A DNA stretch of 64,000 nucleotides from an uncultured Acidimicrobiia bacterium (GCA_963786955.1 CAWBAT010000004.1:648495-712494); one strand, 5' to 3'. Numbered from the stretch's first letter, positions 19,535-29,342 are shown. Numbers and translations are program-made. The notes: generated from the sequence alone by a model not told the origin.

Positions 19535-19935
19535 GTAAACGTTTCCAATGAATACTCATTTTGTTGTTGAGAGACGCCAGTCCAGATGACCGACAGGCGA
19601 ATCTTTTCTATGACATTTTCACGAGAACTGTTCAGATCTTCCCCGAAGCGGACCGGGTCAATGCGGAATTTCCACGAATATTTGTCGTCAAACTGTCCTG
19701 CCGATACGGTTGGAATATTCCCTTGATTGACACTAAGGACTAACTCGTTCAGCTTCATCTGTCCTAACCGAGTGAGTTTTTCACGTTCTTCAATGCGTCC
19801 TATATTCTTCAAGGAAGTGGACATCAGACTGAAGAGGGTTGCATAAACAATCCCCACGATCGTAATCGCGACCAGCACTTCCATCAGACTAAATCCTTGG
19901 GCACTTCGCCCTGAAGTACTTTCTCGTCTTAACAT
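19504..19935 (-). CDS. gspI: T2SS minor pseudopilin GspI
   Basis: Prepilin motif ...SAQG|FSLMEVLVAITIVGIV. Probable start is the internal Met (MLRRESTSGRSAQG); the track ORF begins at 20025. Confidence 0.55.
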   Translation of the reverse strand: MLRRESTSGRSAQGFSLMEVLVAITIVGIVYATLFSLMSTSLKNIGRIEEREKLTRLGQMKLNELVLSVNQGNIPTVSAGQFDDKYSWKFRIDPVRFGEDLNSSRENVIEKIRLSVIWTGVSQQQNEYSLETFTWFSKKLRTN

Positions 19936-20050
19936 GTTTCCCGTTTGCAGCTCGACGACCTCACCCAGAAGCCCACGATTGCCGCGTTTTTTGCGGCAAT
20001 CGTGGCTACCCGTCGAAGTTCTCATTGCCTGCGTGTTGTGAAACAGCGCA

Positions 20051-20602
20051 TTAGCCCTCGGTCTCCGCTGGGATCTGTTCGATTCGCGGGGAACCGGTCA
20101 GTACATCTTGAAACACCTTTACCTGCAACCCTCGCTCCGTGCTAATCACTACTTGAAAACTGTCACTGAGACCATTTGGCATAAAGAAATAAGTTGAGCT
20201 CTCCTGTTTCCCTGACGGCTCCTGCTCTCCAAGAAGCGATCCCTTGATAATGGAAATACCGTAAGGCATGGATATCAACTTTTGGTATTTCAAGTCTTGA
20301 CTTGCCAACTCAATTTCGTTCTTTTCCGAATCGATCCTCATCCAATAAAGCTGTTGCTCGCGAATCGCCTTCCATCGGGCGAAACGCATGGTGGCAGCAA
20401 TTTCACGCGAAGTGGTCCTGAGCTTTACGGCGGATAAGCCCCGCCCAATCGATGGCAGTGTTACCGACATAAGAATCCCAATCAGCACCAACACAACCAG
20501 GAGCTCAACGAGCGTGAATCCGGCTGCCCGGTTTACTCGCAGGCCTGAACGACGGGACCAATGAGAAGTCTTAAAGTCCTGCTCACTTCCAGCTACACAC
20601 AT
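20051..20602 (-). CDS. gspH: T2SS minor pseudopilin GspH
   Basis: Prepilin motif ...NRAAG|FTLVELLVVLVLIGIL. The track ORF starts at 20695 inside gspG. The internal Met (MCVAG...) at 20602 gives a 28-aa leader and a short overlap with the gspG stop. Confidence 0.55.
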   Translation of the reverse strand: MCVAGSEQDFKTSHWSRRSGLRVNRAAGFTLVELLVVLVLIGILMSVTLPSIGRGLSAVKLRTTSREIAATMRFARWKAIREQQLYWMRIDSEKNEIELASQDLKYQKLISMPYGISIIKGSLLGEQEPSGKQESSTYFFMPNGLSDSFQVVISTERGLQVKVFQDVLTGSPRIEQIPAETEG

Positions 20603-21032
20603 CCTCATTCTCACCCTCTCCACCTTCTTTGCCGTCAGCCCCTTTAGAAATAATGTCTGGCTCATCCCCATGTTCGCCGGGGAATTTATACACATAAAGG
20701 TTCCCCCACGGATCTAATGGGATTTCTTTGGGCAGATAAGGTCCGTCCCAGTGGTTCGCGGAAACGGGCCTGACTCTCAATCCTTGCAACCCTTCCTCAG
20801 TTGTAGGAAATGTGCCAACGTCCAGTTTGTAAGCCCCCAAGGCCGTTTGAAAACTAGCGATCTGGGCCTTGGTGGCCGTAACCTTGCTCTTGCCCACGTT
20901 TTTGAAGAGTCGTGGCATGACGAGTGCCCCCAGCAAGCCGATAATGATCATCACAACCAGTAGTTCAATGAGGGTGAACCCTTTTGCCGCTTTGCGACGC
21001 TCCAGATCTTCTTTGGTTCCTTGCATGTTCAT
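20583..21032 (-). CDS. gspG: T2SS major pseudopilin GspG
   Basis: MNMQGTKEDLERRKAAKG|FTLIELLVVMIIIGLLGALVMP. C-terminal ...GADGKEGGEGENEDVCSW is typical of GspG. Confidence 0.85.
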   Translation of the reverse strand: MNMQGTKEDLERRKAAKGFTLIELLVVMIIIGLLGALVMPRLFKNVGKSKVTATKAQIASFQTALGAYKLDVGTFPTTEEGLQGLRVRPVSANHWDGPYLPKEIPLDPWGNLYVYKFPGEHGDEPDIISKGADGKEGGEGENEDVCSWK

Positions 21033-21088
21033 CGAGTCTCCTTCAACAAATTTCTTTATCGCTCTCCGTGAGCCGACATATGTTCTGG

Positions 21089-22303
21089 CTATGAGGGCAA
21101 ATCATTAATACTCGTGATTGCCATCAATATGGAGATTACAATGATGCCAACAAGGATTCCCATAACCAAAATCATCGCGGGTTCAAACAGGGCAATCAGA
21201 TTCTTGATCGATGACCGGACTTCCTTGTCGTAGACCTTGGCAAGCTCCAAGAACATCGCATCTAAACGCCCCGTTTCCTCTCCAACCTCAACCAGGTGAA
21301 CAGCCAGGGGCGGGAATATTTTGGATTTTTCCATGGGCCTGGCGACGCCCTCCCCTCTTTTGACCCCTTCGGCGATATTTGCGATCGATCCGGCAATCAC
21401 AGAGTTGTTCGTGATATCTTTAACGATATTGAGCGACTGGACTAAGGGCACCGAGTTGTGGACCAAAGTCCCCAGGGTTCGGGATATACGACCCACTTCG
21501 ATTTTGCAGAGCACATCTCCAAGCAGAAAAATCTTGAGTTTAAAATTGTCCCAAATCCACCGTCCCCGCTCTGTCGCCACAAAACGATTAAAAGCGATCA
21601 ATAGGCCCACGAATATTCCTCCAACCAACCACCAATATGATTTGGAGAACTCGCTGATCGAAAGCAAGATCTGGGTCGGAAGTGGCAAAGATTGCCCCGC
21701 ATCAGAAAACACCTGGGCGAACTTCGGGATAACAAAGTTCAAAAGAACGACGATCGAGGCGAGTCCCACCGCCGCCAAGAGAGCTGGGTAAATCAGAGAG
21801 GAGATCAAATAGCTTTTGAGCTCGTCAGCCGACTGTTGGAACTCTACCAAACGATCCAATACCAGAGGCAAAGAACCACTCGCCTCCCCGGCTCGGATCA
21901 TGTTGATGTACAATTTTGAAAAGACTTCAGGATGAGTGGACAGACTATCTGCAAACGTCTTGCCTTGCTTGATTCCCTGGAGAATTTCTTCCACTAAGGA
22001 TTGCAGGGTAGCTCCTTGAGACAGACTCTTGCAGATCGTCAAACTCCGATCCAGAGGCAACCCGGCATTGACGAGCGTGGACAATTCCTGGGTGAAGAAC
22101 ATGATCTCTTTGGACCCTACCTTGCGCGACATCCAGTTAAGATTCAGCTTCAATGCGGATGAAGCCTGGCGGTGAGCAATCTGAATCGGGGTCAACCCCA
22201 TCTCTTGCAGTCGAAGGGCCACTACTCTGTCGTCGCTCCCCTCGAAGCTGCCATCAATTAAATTCCCGTCCTTCGCTACCGCCTTGTAATAAAAAGTAGG
22301 CAT
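21089..22303 (-). CDS. gspF: T2SS inner-membrane platform protein GspF
   Basis: 404 aa. Duplicated GspF/PilC domains with three TM segments. Confidence 0.85.
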   Translation of the reverse strand: MPTFYYKAVAKDGNLIDGSFEGSDDRVVALRLQEMGLTPIQIAHRQASSALKLNLNWMSRKVGSKEIMFFTQELSTLVNAGLPLDRSLTICKSLSQGATLQSLVEEILQGIKQGKTFADSLSTHPEVFSKLYINMIRAGEASGSLPLVLDRLVEFQQSADELKSYLISSLIYPALLAAVGLASIVVLLNFVIPKFAQVFSDAGQSLPLPTQILLSISEFSKSYWWLVGGIFVGLLIAFNRFVATERGRWIWDNFKLKIFLLGDVLCKIEVGRISRTLGTLVHNSVPLVQSLNIVKDITNNSVIAGSIANIAEGVKRGEGVARPMEKSKIFPPLAVHLVEVGEETGRLDAMFLELAKVYDKEVRSSIKNLIALFEPAMILVMGILVGIIVISILMAITSINDLPS

Positions 22304-22463
22304 ACTCTCTCTTCAATGATTTCAGTGCACTGATAAAACTCAATAGCTAATGATACAAATCCAGCACGGACTCCCTCAAGTCCCCCCTTGTTAAGAGAGG
22401 ACTGTTTTCAACCACGTCCCCCTGGGGCTGTGAAAAAATTCAAATCCAGCGAGAAACTCGGTT

Positions 22464-22489
22464 CCCCTCTCCCAAACGTGGGAGAGGGG
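22464..22489 (-). promoter_or_regulatory. Perfect 11-bp-stem hairpin in the gspE-gspF intercistronic region
   Basis: cccctctcccaAACGtgggagagggg: 11-bp GC-rich stem with a 4-nt loop, inside the 285-bp untranslated gap between gspE and gspF. Confidence 0.4.
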
Positions 22490-22588
22490 TTGGGGGTGAG
22501 GGGGATTTCACAACGTCTCAGATTGCCGCTCATCCGCGTAGGGGCGGGCTTCTTCGGTCTCCGGCAAGCAACATTTAGTGCGTCTGTA

Positions 22589-24286
22589 TTAGACATCTTG
22601 AGTGACCCGCATGACTTCTTCCACAGTCGTGACACCGGCTAGCACTTTCTCTACGCCGTCTTCCCGCAAGGATCTCATCCCCTGGCTATGCGCATAATTC
22701 GCAATAATGTTCGAGGGTTCATTGGCCACTATCATGCGCCGAATTTCATCATCCGGAATCATTAACTCAAATATTCCTTGCCGGGTTTCATACCCGGTGA
22801 AACCACACGACTCACAACCTTCTCCTCGGTAAAGGGTCAATGGTGAGGCTCGTTTCGCCTCGAATCCTAATGACTGAAGAGCTTCCGGTTCGGCGGTATA
22901 GGCAAACTTACATTGTTTGCAGATGATCCGGACAAGCCGCTGGGCAAGAACTCCAATCAGACAGGATGCCAGGAGATAATTTTCGGCCCCCATATCCACC
23001 AGGCGTGAGATGGCACTGGGTGCGTCATTGGTATGCAAGGTACTGAAGACCAGGTGCCCAGTCAACGCAGAACGGATGGCGATTTCCGCGGTCTCTAAAT
23101 CACGAATTTCACCCACCATGATGACGTCAGGGTCCTGCCGAACGATGTGGCGCAATCCGGATGCAAAGGTTAGGCCGATTTGAGTATTGACGTGAATCTG
23201 ATTAATTCCATCCATCTGGTATTCAACCGGATCTTCAATAGTGATAATTTTCTTATCCGGCAGGTTAATCCGCTTCATGGCACTGTAAAGCGTGGTGGAC
23301 TTCCCGCTACCGGTAGGACCTGTTACGAGCAGAATTCCGTGGGGCAGCGAAGTCAGTTCCTCAATCTTTCGGAGAAGATCCTCGGGAAATCCCAGCCTTA
23401 TCAACTCAAACGCACTGGTGTCGCTCTTGTCGAGGATTCTCATCACCACGCTTTCGCCGTAAAGCGTTGGGAGAGTCGACACCCGAAGGTCGATCTCTTT
23501 CCCAAGCACTTTCAATTTGATACGTCCATCCTGAGGGAGCCTTCTCTCGGCAATATTCAGCTTCGCCATGAGCTTGAGGCGGGAGATGATGGCTGCCTTA
23601 AGTAGAATGGGGGGGGGCTCAACGTTCTGAAGAATCCCATCAATTCGGTATCGAATTCGAAACTCTTTTTCAAATGGCTCAATATGGATATCACTGGCAC
23701 GGCGCTCCACAGCTCGGGAAATGATCACGTTGACGAGTCGGATAACAGGAGCCTCCGAGGCCATGTCGCGAAGATGCTCGATGTTCTCATCGCCACCTGT
23801 ATAGTCAACGCCCGTCAGCTCAGTGTCTCCATCGATCACACGAGAGGCGTTTCCATTTCCGGCGCCATATAACCGTTCCAGCGTTTCAACGATTTCGTTT
23901 TCCAGCCCGAAACGGACCTTGACCTCATAGCCACTAAACAGACGCACCGAGTCCAAGGTCTCGGTGTCTGAGGGATCGGCCATAGCCAGAGTCAAACAAT
24001 TTCCTTCCAGATCCAGGGGGAGGAGTTTGAATTGCTTCATGAATTTGTAGGATAGGGTTTGAACTTCAATCGGCACCGCCGGAAATTCTGCAGACGTAAT
24101 CAAGGGAGCCTGCTGCTGATCGCTAATCGCTTGAACCAAATCGCGTTCAGCCAAGTAACCCAGGTCGAGCAGAATCCGGCCGATTTTTTCTTTCCGCTCC
24201 CGCTGTAATGTAAGAGCATCGCGGAGCTCCTGAGAGGAAATCAGGTTGCGCTCCACCAAGATCTGGCCAATAAGTTTCCTAACCAA
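22589..24286 (-). CDS. gspE: T2SS ATPase GspE
   Basis: 565 aa. N-terminal T2SSE_N-like domain, Walker A GPTGSGKST, Asp box and His box, and a tetracysteine CxxC...CxxC motif. Confidence 0.9.
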   Translation of the reverse strand: MVRKLIGQILVERNLISSQELRDALTLQRERKEKIGRILLDLGYLAERDLVQAISDQQQAPLITSAEFPAVPIEVQTLSYKFMKQFKLLPLDLEGNCLTLAMADPSDTETLDSVRLFSGYEVKVRFGLENEIVETLERLYGAGNGNASRVIDGDTELTGVDYTGGDENIEHLRDMASEAPVIRLVNVIISRAVERRASDIHIEPFEKEFRIRYRIDGILQNVEPPPILLKAAIISRLKLMAKLNIAERRLPQDGRIKLKVLGKEIDLRVSTLPTLYGESVVMRILDKSDTSAFELIRLGFPEDLLRKIEELTSLPHGILLVTGPTGSGKSTTLYSAMKRINLPDKKIITIEDPVEYQMDGINQIHVNTQIGLTFASGLRHIVRQDPDVIMVGEIRDLETAEIAIRSALTGHLVFSTLHTNDAPSAISRLVDMGAENYLLASCLIGVLAQRLVRIICKQCKFAYTAEPEALQSLGFEAKRASPLTLYRGEGCESCGFTGYETRQGIFELMIPDDEIRRMIVANEPSNIIANYAHSQGMRSLREDGVEKVLAGVTTVEEVMRVTQDV

Positions 24287-24327
24287 TGGATCTCCTGAGC
24301 TTGGTTGAGAATGGAATTAACACGCCG

Positions 24328-24924
24328 CTAGTACTGGATGATCCGGATATTCTGTTTCAGATCTTCCATGGAAATCTTGCGCTCTTGGTATTGCTGCAAG
24401 ACATATCTCTTCACATTCAACACGATCTGCGATGGGGAGGGCCTTCTCTCATCTCCGCGGGCACTGAAGAGGTACACAACGATAGTCAGGTTTTCTCCCG
24501 GCTTTAACTGGTTTATTGAATTGCCATGCTCTGCGATGGCCTTGATGATCAGCCCTTTGACATTTTGAATTCGGCTCATCATCTTTTCATAGGCCTCGTC
24601 GAGCTCCTTTTGACTATGAGGTTTCATATCGAAAGGAGAGAGCTGGCGAATCAGGTAAGCATTGACCTCCAAGTTAAACACGGCTCCGTAGTCTGGAAGA
24701 TAGGTGCCTCGGGTCGATCCCAAAACGGGAAAAGGGCCTTGAAGGTTCTCTTTGATTGTCGTGTCAATGACTCCCTGAAATACGGCCAACTCTTTCTTAA
24801 GGCCGGGAAGGTCAAGGCCAGTGTTGGTAGAGGGCGTATCAGCGCCCTGGGCTCTCAGTAAGTTTCCCAGAGCAAGAACAAGAATTAAGGTAATACAGGA
24901 AATATTTTTTTTGGGAGTGTGCAT
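24328..24924 (-). CDS. Secreted protein of unknown function, co-operonic with the ECF sigma / anti-sigma pair
   Basis: 198 aa. Signal peptide MHTPKKNISCITLILVLALGNLLRAQG. No recognisable motifs. Lies 36 nt downstream of the anti-sigma gene and 41 nt upstream of gspE. Confidence 0.5.
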   Translation of the reverse strand: MHTPKKNISCITLILVLALGNLLRAQGADTPSTNTGLDLPGLKKELAVFQGVIDTTIKENLQGPFPVLGSTRGTYLPDYGAVFNLEVNAYLIRQLSPFDMKPHSQKELDEAYEKMMSRIQNVKGLIIKAIAEHGNSINQLKPGENLTIVVYLFSARGDERRPSPSQIVLNVKRYVLQQYQERKISMEDLKQNIRIIQY

Positions 24925-24960
24925 CTTGTTTTTTATCCTTTTTGAGAAATGGGTCTATCC

Positions 24961-25662
24961 TTAATTAGTCGAAGAGGCCTTCACATAAACTTCGCGGGCC
25001 AATGATTCAAGGTACGAGGCGTTTCTTGCCGACGCTTTCCAAACCTCTCTCTGGGTCATCTCGAGATATTTCAATCCTTGGGAGACCTTTTGCATGTCCT
25101 CCGTTCTATTCGTGTTAATTTCCGCCTTGGCCTCAAGCAGCAGCTTTTCAACTTTCGAATTCTGCCGCTGTTCACTCTGCGCCAGCACATTTTCGATCAA
25201 TTTTTCCAGATCGGAACGGTTCATCGCTGCGGGAACCGCCGCGAGTTGCTGGTTTGCCTCAAACTGAGGGCTCAGCAAAGAGCGGGGCTGGTTAAAGGAA
25301 ACCCTGAACTGACCTTCTTTGAATTCTATTTCTGTTTTCAACATCGCTAACGTGCTAATGCAAAGAATGAAACAAATCGTGGCCGCGGCACAGACAACCA
25401 CTCCGCGAGACCAAGAACGGGGCGAAAAAACATCGACAAATTGTCTCCAGGATGAACGAGGCGTTTCGAAAATCAGGCTCTTGGGAACCTCCTCGTCCGG
25501 CCAACCATTGCGAAGGAGCGACGGGATGCCTGAAAGCGAAACCAACTCCTCCCGACAGGTCTTACAAGTCTTCATATGGGCTTGAAGTTCCGCCGATTGT
25601 TCTGTGGTAATTTCTTTTCCCAGATAGTCCGGGAATAAATCCTGCGACTGTTGGCAATTCAT
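24961..25662 (-). CDS. Anti-sigma factor, zinc-finger (ZAS-type), single-pass membrane protein
   Basis: HMKTCKTC (Hx3Cx2C) near the N-terminus, a TM helix VVVCAAATICFILCISTLAML and a periplasmic coiled-coil region. ATGA overlap with the upstream sigma gene. Confidence 0.65.
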   Translation of the reverse strand: MNCQQSQDLFPDYLGKEITTEQSAELQAHMKTCKTCREELVSLSGIPSLLRNGWPDEEVPKSLIFETPRSSWRQFVDVFSPRSWSRGVVVCAAATICFILCISTLAMLKTEIEFKEGQFRVSFNQPRSLLSPQFEANQQLAAVPAAMNRSDLEKLIENVLAQSEQRQNSKVEKLLLEAKAEINTNRTEDMQKVSQGLKYLEMTQREVWKASARNASYLESLAREVYVKASSTN

Positions 25663-26291
25663 GTTGTCCCCCTCGGTTGGTCAGTAAGTAACTTTCTAAG
25701 TTCTTTTAACCCGAGATAAAGGCGGGATTTGACTGTACTAACAGGGCATTCCGCGATCTCGGCAATTTCTGAAAACTTCATCCCTTCATAGATCTTTAGC
25801 ACAACGGTTTCTCGCTGTTCTGCGGACAAAGTATTAAGAGCTCTGGCAAGGATCACTCGGAGCTCGTTTTGTTCAAAGCGCTGGCCACGTTCGATCGAAA
25901 CAGCTACATGATCCGAGAGAAGATCCTCGATCGAGGGCACCCCCTCGATGTCGTTCGTCAATGATTCGGTAAGAGCCGATTGGTCTCGGCGAAGATTGCT
26001 AATCCAGCAGTTACGCGCAATCCGAAATAACCATTGAGGGAATTTGTCAGGATCCTTGAGGTGCCGTATCTGTTCAAAGGCGCGGGTAAAACTTTCCTGA
26101 GCAATATCCAGAGCTTCATCTCGGTTCCCGGTCAAACGCAATCCGAAATTAAAAAGTTTCTTTTCCCAACGCTTGACCAGTAGGTTGAAGGCTTCCGCCT
26201 CACCAGCCACAACCTTCTGGACAAGATTTTTATCCGATACCCAGACAAGTCCCAATTCGTCTCCTTTTCTAGTTGACGCAAAAAAAGTCAA
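25659..26291 (-). CDS. ECF (sigma-70 family group 4) RNA polymerase sigma factor
   Basis: 210 aa. Region 2 (...ALDIAQESFTRAFEQIR...WLFRIARN) and region 4 (...FSEIAEIAECPVSTVKSRLYLGLKELR). Confidence 0.85.
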   Translation of the reverse strand: MTFFASTRKGDELGLVWVSDKNLVQKVVAGEAEAFNLLVKRWEKKLFNFGLRLTGNRDEALDIAQESFTRAFEQIRHLKDPDKFPQWLFRIARNCWISNLRRDQSALTESLTNDIEGVPSIEDLLSDHVAVSIERGQRFEQNELRVILARALNTLSAEQRETVVLKIYEGMKFSEIAEIAECPVSTVKSRLYLGLKELRKLLTDQPRGTT

Positions 26292-26330
26292 AAAAGTCTT
26301 AAAGGTCTTGGATTCTTTTTGGCTTTTTCA

Positions 26331-28805
26331 TTACTTTACAGAGAGTCTTGCCCGTTTGTATGGACGACCGGTGAGGTAAAGCTGAAGCCGACTCTGAATC
26401 TCATCGGAAAGGTCTTTCCTACCCGAAGTCAAGGCCTCTGCAGTTGCTCTGCGCGCCATCGGAACCGCCTCTTTATACCGGCCAGTTGCAGCGTAGGATG
26501 CCGCCAATGTGTCCAAGTATTCAACAGTGGGCTGTTTGGCTAAAGCCAAAGCCTTTTGTGCAAGCAGCAGTGACTCTTTGGCTTGACTGGTGCCTTCCAG
26601 ATCATTCCTTGTCGCCATAATCCAGGCGAGTTTCTGCATTGCGTCAGGCCAATTGGGTCTTACTCGCAGGGCGGCTCGATAAGAATTGATTGCATCCGAA
26701 ATTCGATTCTCTCGCTCCAAAGCAACTGCTCGGTAAAGATAAGCCTCAGGATAATCGGGTCGAAGCCTAATCGCCTCGGTAAATTGTAACTGTGCCTCCT
26801 CATTTCTTTGTACAAATAGAAGTGCTCGGCCCAGGCTATAGTGAGTGCTTGCAACTCCCGGCTCTAGACGGATTGATTCGGTGAGATGGCTGATTGCTTC
26901 CTCATACTTACCTTGACGGAGAAGCACCAATCCCAAGTTATTCTGCGCGTCTCGATAGTCCGGCTTGAGCCGCAATGCTTCAGATAATTCTTTCAGGGAG
27001 ATTTCCACTTTTCCTTGAATGAGATATAATCCTCCCAAGTTATTGCGTGCCTCGGCATATTCCGGCTTCAATTGGATTGCCCGATTGTACTGCTCCAATG
27101 CCAGGTCAATTTTCCCCTGTTGAGCAAACATTGCGCCTAGATTATTGTGCGCCTCGGCATAGTCCGGGTTCAGTTGGAGTGCCCGATTGTAATATTCGAG
27201 TGCCACGTCGAATTTTCCCTGTTGGGAATGGACTTTACCTAGACCGTTGTGAGCCTCAGCCAGAGAGGGGTTAATTCGAAGTGCTTCTAGAAAATGGGAG
27301 GTGGCCTCATTTTGCCGTCCTAATGCATCCAAGGTGAGCCCCAGATTGTAATGCGCCTCTGCATAGTCCGGAGCAATCCTCAAGGCTTGTTCGTACCAAT
27401 CCCGTGCCTCTTTATTCTTCCCTTCGTCATACAGGTAATGGCCAAGAACATAGGGTGCACGAGGGTTCATGGGTCGCTGCTGAACGACTTTCTTCCACAT
27501 TGAGACCGCATGCTTGTAATCTTCGTTCCTCAATATCGCTCTCCAGGTTAGGGTTGCGACGACAATTACGACAGCTGTTCCGGAATAGAGGTACGGAAGG
27601 TATGAAGGTTTCCCCCAGAAAGCCCAATTCCTCAGCAACGCAAAGACTCCCAGAACTATTATCACTAGAATTGAAACAGAGGGCAGATACATTCGGTGTT
27701 CGGCAGCCACATCATTTAATGGCATGACACTCGAAGTAGGCGCAAGAATGAGGAAGAACCATGCACCTAAGAACCCCATCGCAGGAGAGAATTTCAAGGC
27801 CCAAGCCGTGGCCACCATAAGACCGACAATTATAAGTGCATAAGCAAGGATCTCCTGAGGGCCCTTGACCACTGGCCAGTAGTAATCTAAACAGAGATTT
27901 TGAGGCCATAAGACCAAGCGAAGGTAATGAACAATCACTTGGGGTTGAGTCAGAGCATAATTCAGGGCACTGACATGTTGAAGCTTGAAGCCGGCCGACT
28001 CGATCTTTGGGAAAATAATAAAAGTCGTCGCCAGCACTCCCCACGTCCCAGCGAGACCCCAATAGAGCTTCCGTCGGCTGTGGAGCGCGTTTCGAAAAGA
28101 ACCGGACAGGAATATTCTGTCGTAAAGCAGCACGAGCAGAGGGGTTGCTACCATATTTTGCTTGGTTCCCATACCGAGCGCACAGGCCAGCACAGCCAAC
28201 CCGTAGTAAATTGACTTAAATTGAGATGAGTTCCCTCGTTCTACGCAATAGAACGTTAACAGGAGGAAGAGGCTCATCAAAGATTCGTTTCTTTGGGTTA
28301 TGTAAGTAACGGCTTCCGCATTCAGAGGATGAGCAACCCAGCACAAGACTACCGTCAAGGAGAGAATTTTCGAGGCATTCGCAAATAACTTCAGTCGCAG
28401 TAAAACTCTCCGAAGCAAATCAAATAAAACACAGGCATTTAAGAGATGGATAAACAAGTTGACAACATGATAGCCCCAGGTGTTCAGCCCATTCATGGAA
28501 TAGTTGAGTGCCAAAGAGAGGCCCATGACAGGTCTCGTTCCTAAACCCCACTTAAAGATCGGGTCCCAAGGGGGCCAGAGGCGCCGAATGTACTTGTTAT
28601 CTACTATAGTCACCAAATCGTCGAAAATGAATTCTCCCGTAAAGCTATTCGCGTAGGCAATTAAGCCCACAGAGAGAATCGAGCAATAGGCAAGCAGGTT
28701 CCCACTCGGCCTCACATGGAGCAAATGGGAAGTATTTGGCGAAATGGATTCCGGTTGGGCTTTCCCCTTTTTTTTGACTTTTGCAGAAACCGTTTTGTGA
28801 ATCAT
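26331..28805 (-). CDS. Membrane glycosyltransferase of GT-C / PMT-like fold fused to a C-terminal array of about 12 tetratricopeptide repeats
   Basis: 824 aa. The N-terminal roughly 420 aa hold about 11 hydrophobic segments, with an acidic FIFDD motif right after the first TM helix (the GT-C loop-1 signature). The C-terminal half is TPR-rich (AEAHYNLG, AEAHNNLG, AEARNNLG...). The GT-C/PMT_2 resemblance is from memory. Confidence 0.65.
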   Translation of the reverse strand: MIHKTVSAKVKKKGKAQPESISPNTSHLLHVRPSGNLLAYCSILSVGLIAYANSFTGEFIFDDLVTIVDNKYIRRLWPPWDPIFKWGLGTRPVMGLSLALNYSMNGLNTWGYHVVNLFIHLLNACVLFDLLRRVLLRLKLFANASKILSLTVVLCWVAHPLNAEAVTYITQRNESLMSLFLLLTFYCVERGNSSQFKSIYYGLAVLACALGMGTKQNMVATPLLVLLYDRIFLSGSFRNALHSRRKLYWGLAGTWGVLATTFIIFPKIESAGFKLQHVSALNYALTQPQVIVHYLRLVLWPQNLCLDYYWPVVKGPQEILAYALIIVGLMVATAWALKFSPAMGFLGAWFFLILAPTSSVMPLNDVAAEHRMYLPSVSILVIIVLGVFALLRNWAFWGKPSYLPYLYSGTAVVIVVATLTWRAILRNEDYKHAVSMWKKVVQQRPMNPRAPYVLGHYLYDEGKNKEARDWYEQALRIAPDYAEAHYNLGLTLDALGRQNEATSHFLEALRINPSLAEAHNGLGKVHSQQGKFDVALEYYNRALQLNPDYAEAHNNLGAMFAQQGKIDLALEQYNRAIQLKPEYAEARNNLGGLYLIQGKVEISLKELSEALRLKPDYRDAQNNLGLVLLRQGKYEEAISHLTESIRLEPGVASTHYSLGRALLFVQRNEEAQLQFTEAIRLRPDYPEAYLYRAVALERENRISDAINSYRAALRVRPNWPDAMQKLAWIMATRNDLEGTSQAKESLLLAQKALALAKQPTVEYLDTLAASYAATGRYKEAVPMARRATAEALTSGRKDLSDEIQSRLQLYLTGRPYKRARLSVK

Positions 28806-28904
28806 GTCCAGACCTCAGAACTAGACGAAACGACGTCGAATCGTCAGCGCAATAACCCTTTTGGTCTTTACTTGCGCTCTCTCATGAATAAAAGATCTAG
28901 CTGC

Positions 28905-29342
28905 TTAGGAACGGGGTATCACGGGGGGAGTCTGCGGCACTATATTCGCCCTCTCATCGCGCCCAGTGGCGTCCACGCCTGTCTGATTCTGTGACTCCAG
29001 GAATATTTGCTCTAACCTTTCAACCCGGCTTTCGAGCAATGCAATCTCCTGTGTCAAGCGAGTGTTCCTTCGCTGATGCCAAGTGAGGGAGACCGAAACT
29101 GAGAAGGAATAAATGTATATGGCGGCCAAGGCCATAAATAAAACTGCCGCCGCATAACTCAGATGGGACCTATTTGCAAAAGACATGATGAGATTAGGAA
29201 ATAAACCACAAACCAACAGTATAAAGGCAAGTATCGTCCACAAGATGGCGTGTTTTTCACTCAGGTCTCTACTTCGAACCCAGTAAATGGTAAGGGAAAA
29301 GACCGCAATCCCTCCCAAAAACATCAAGGTTTCAGCGTTCAA
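28905..29342 (-). CDS. Small membrane protein, DUF2304-like (GT2-associated)
   Basis: 145 aa. Three or four TM helices and a coiled-coil tail. Overlaps the upstream GT2 gene by 11 nt. Confidence 0.5.
   Translation of the reverse strand: MNAETLMFLGGIAVFSLTIYWVRSRDLSEKHAILWTILAFILLVCGLFPNLIMSFANRSHLSYAAAVLFMALAAIYIYSFSVSVSLTWHQRRNTRLTQEIALLESRVERLEQIFLESQNQTGVDATGRDERANIVPQTPPVIPRS

Noticed and set aside
22388-22642. ORFs 22388-22642 (+) and 22408-22635 (-) in the gspE-gspF gap
   Set aside because: Both run through the hairpin region and overlap the gspE 3' end; no coding signal. Interpreted as an untranslated intercistronic region.
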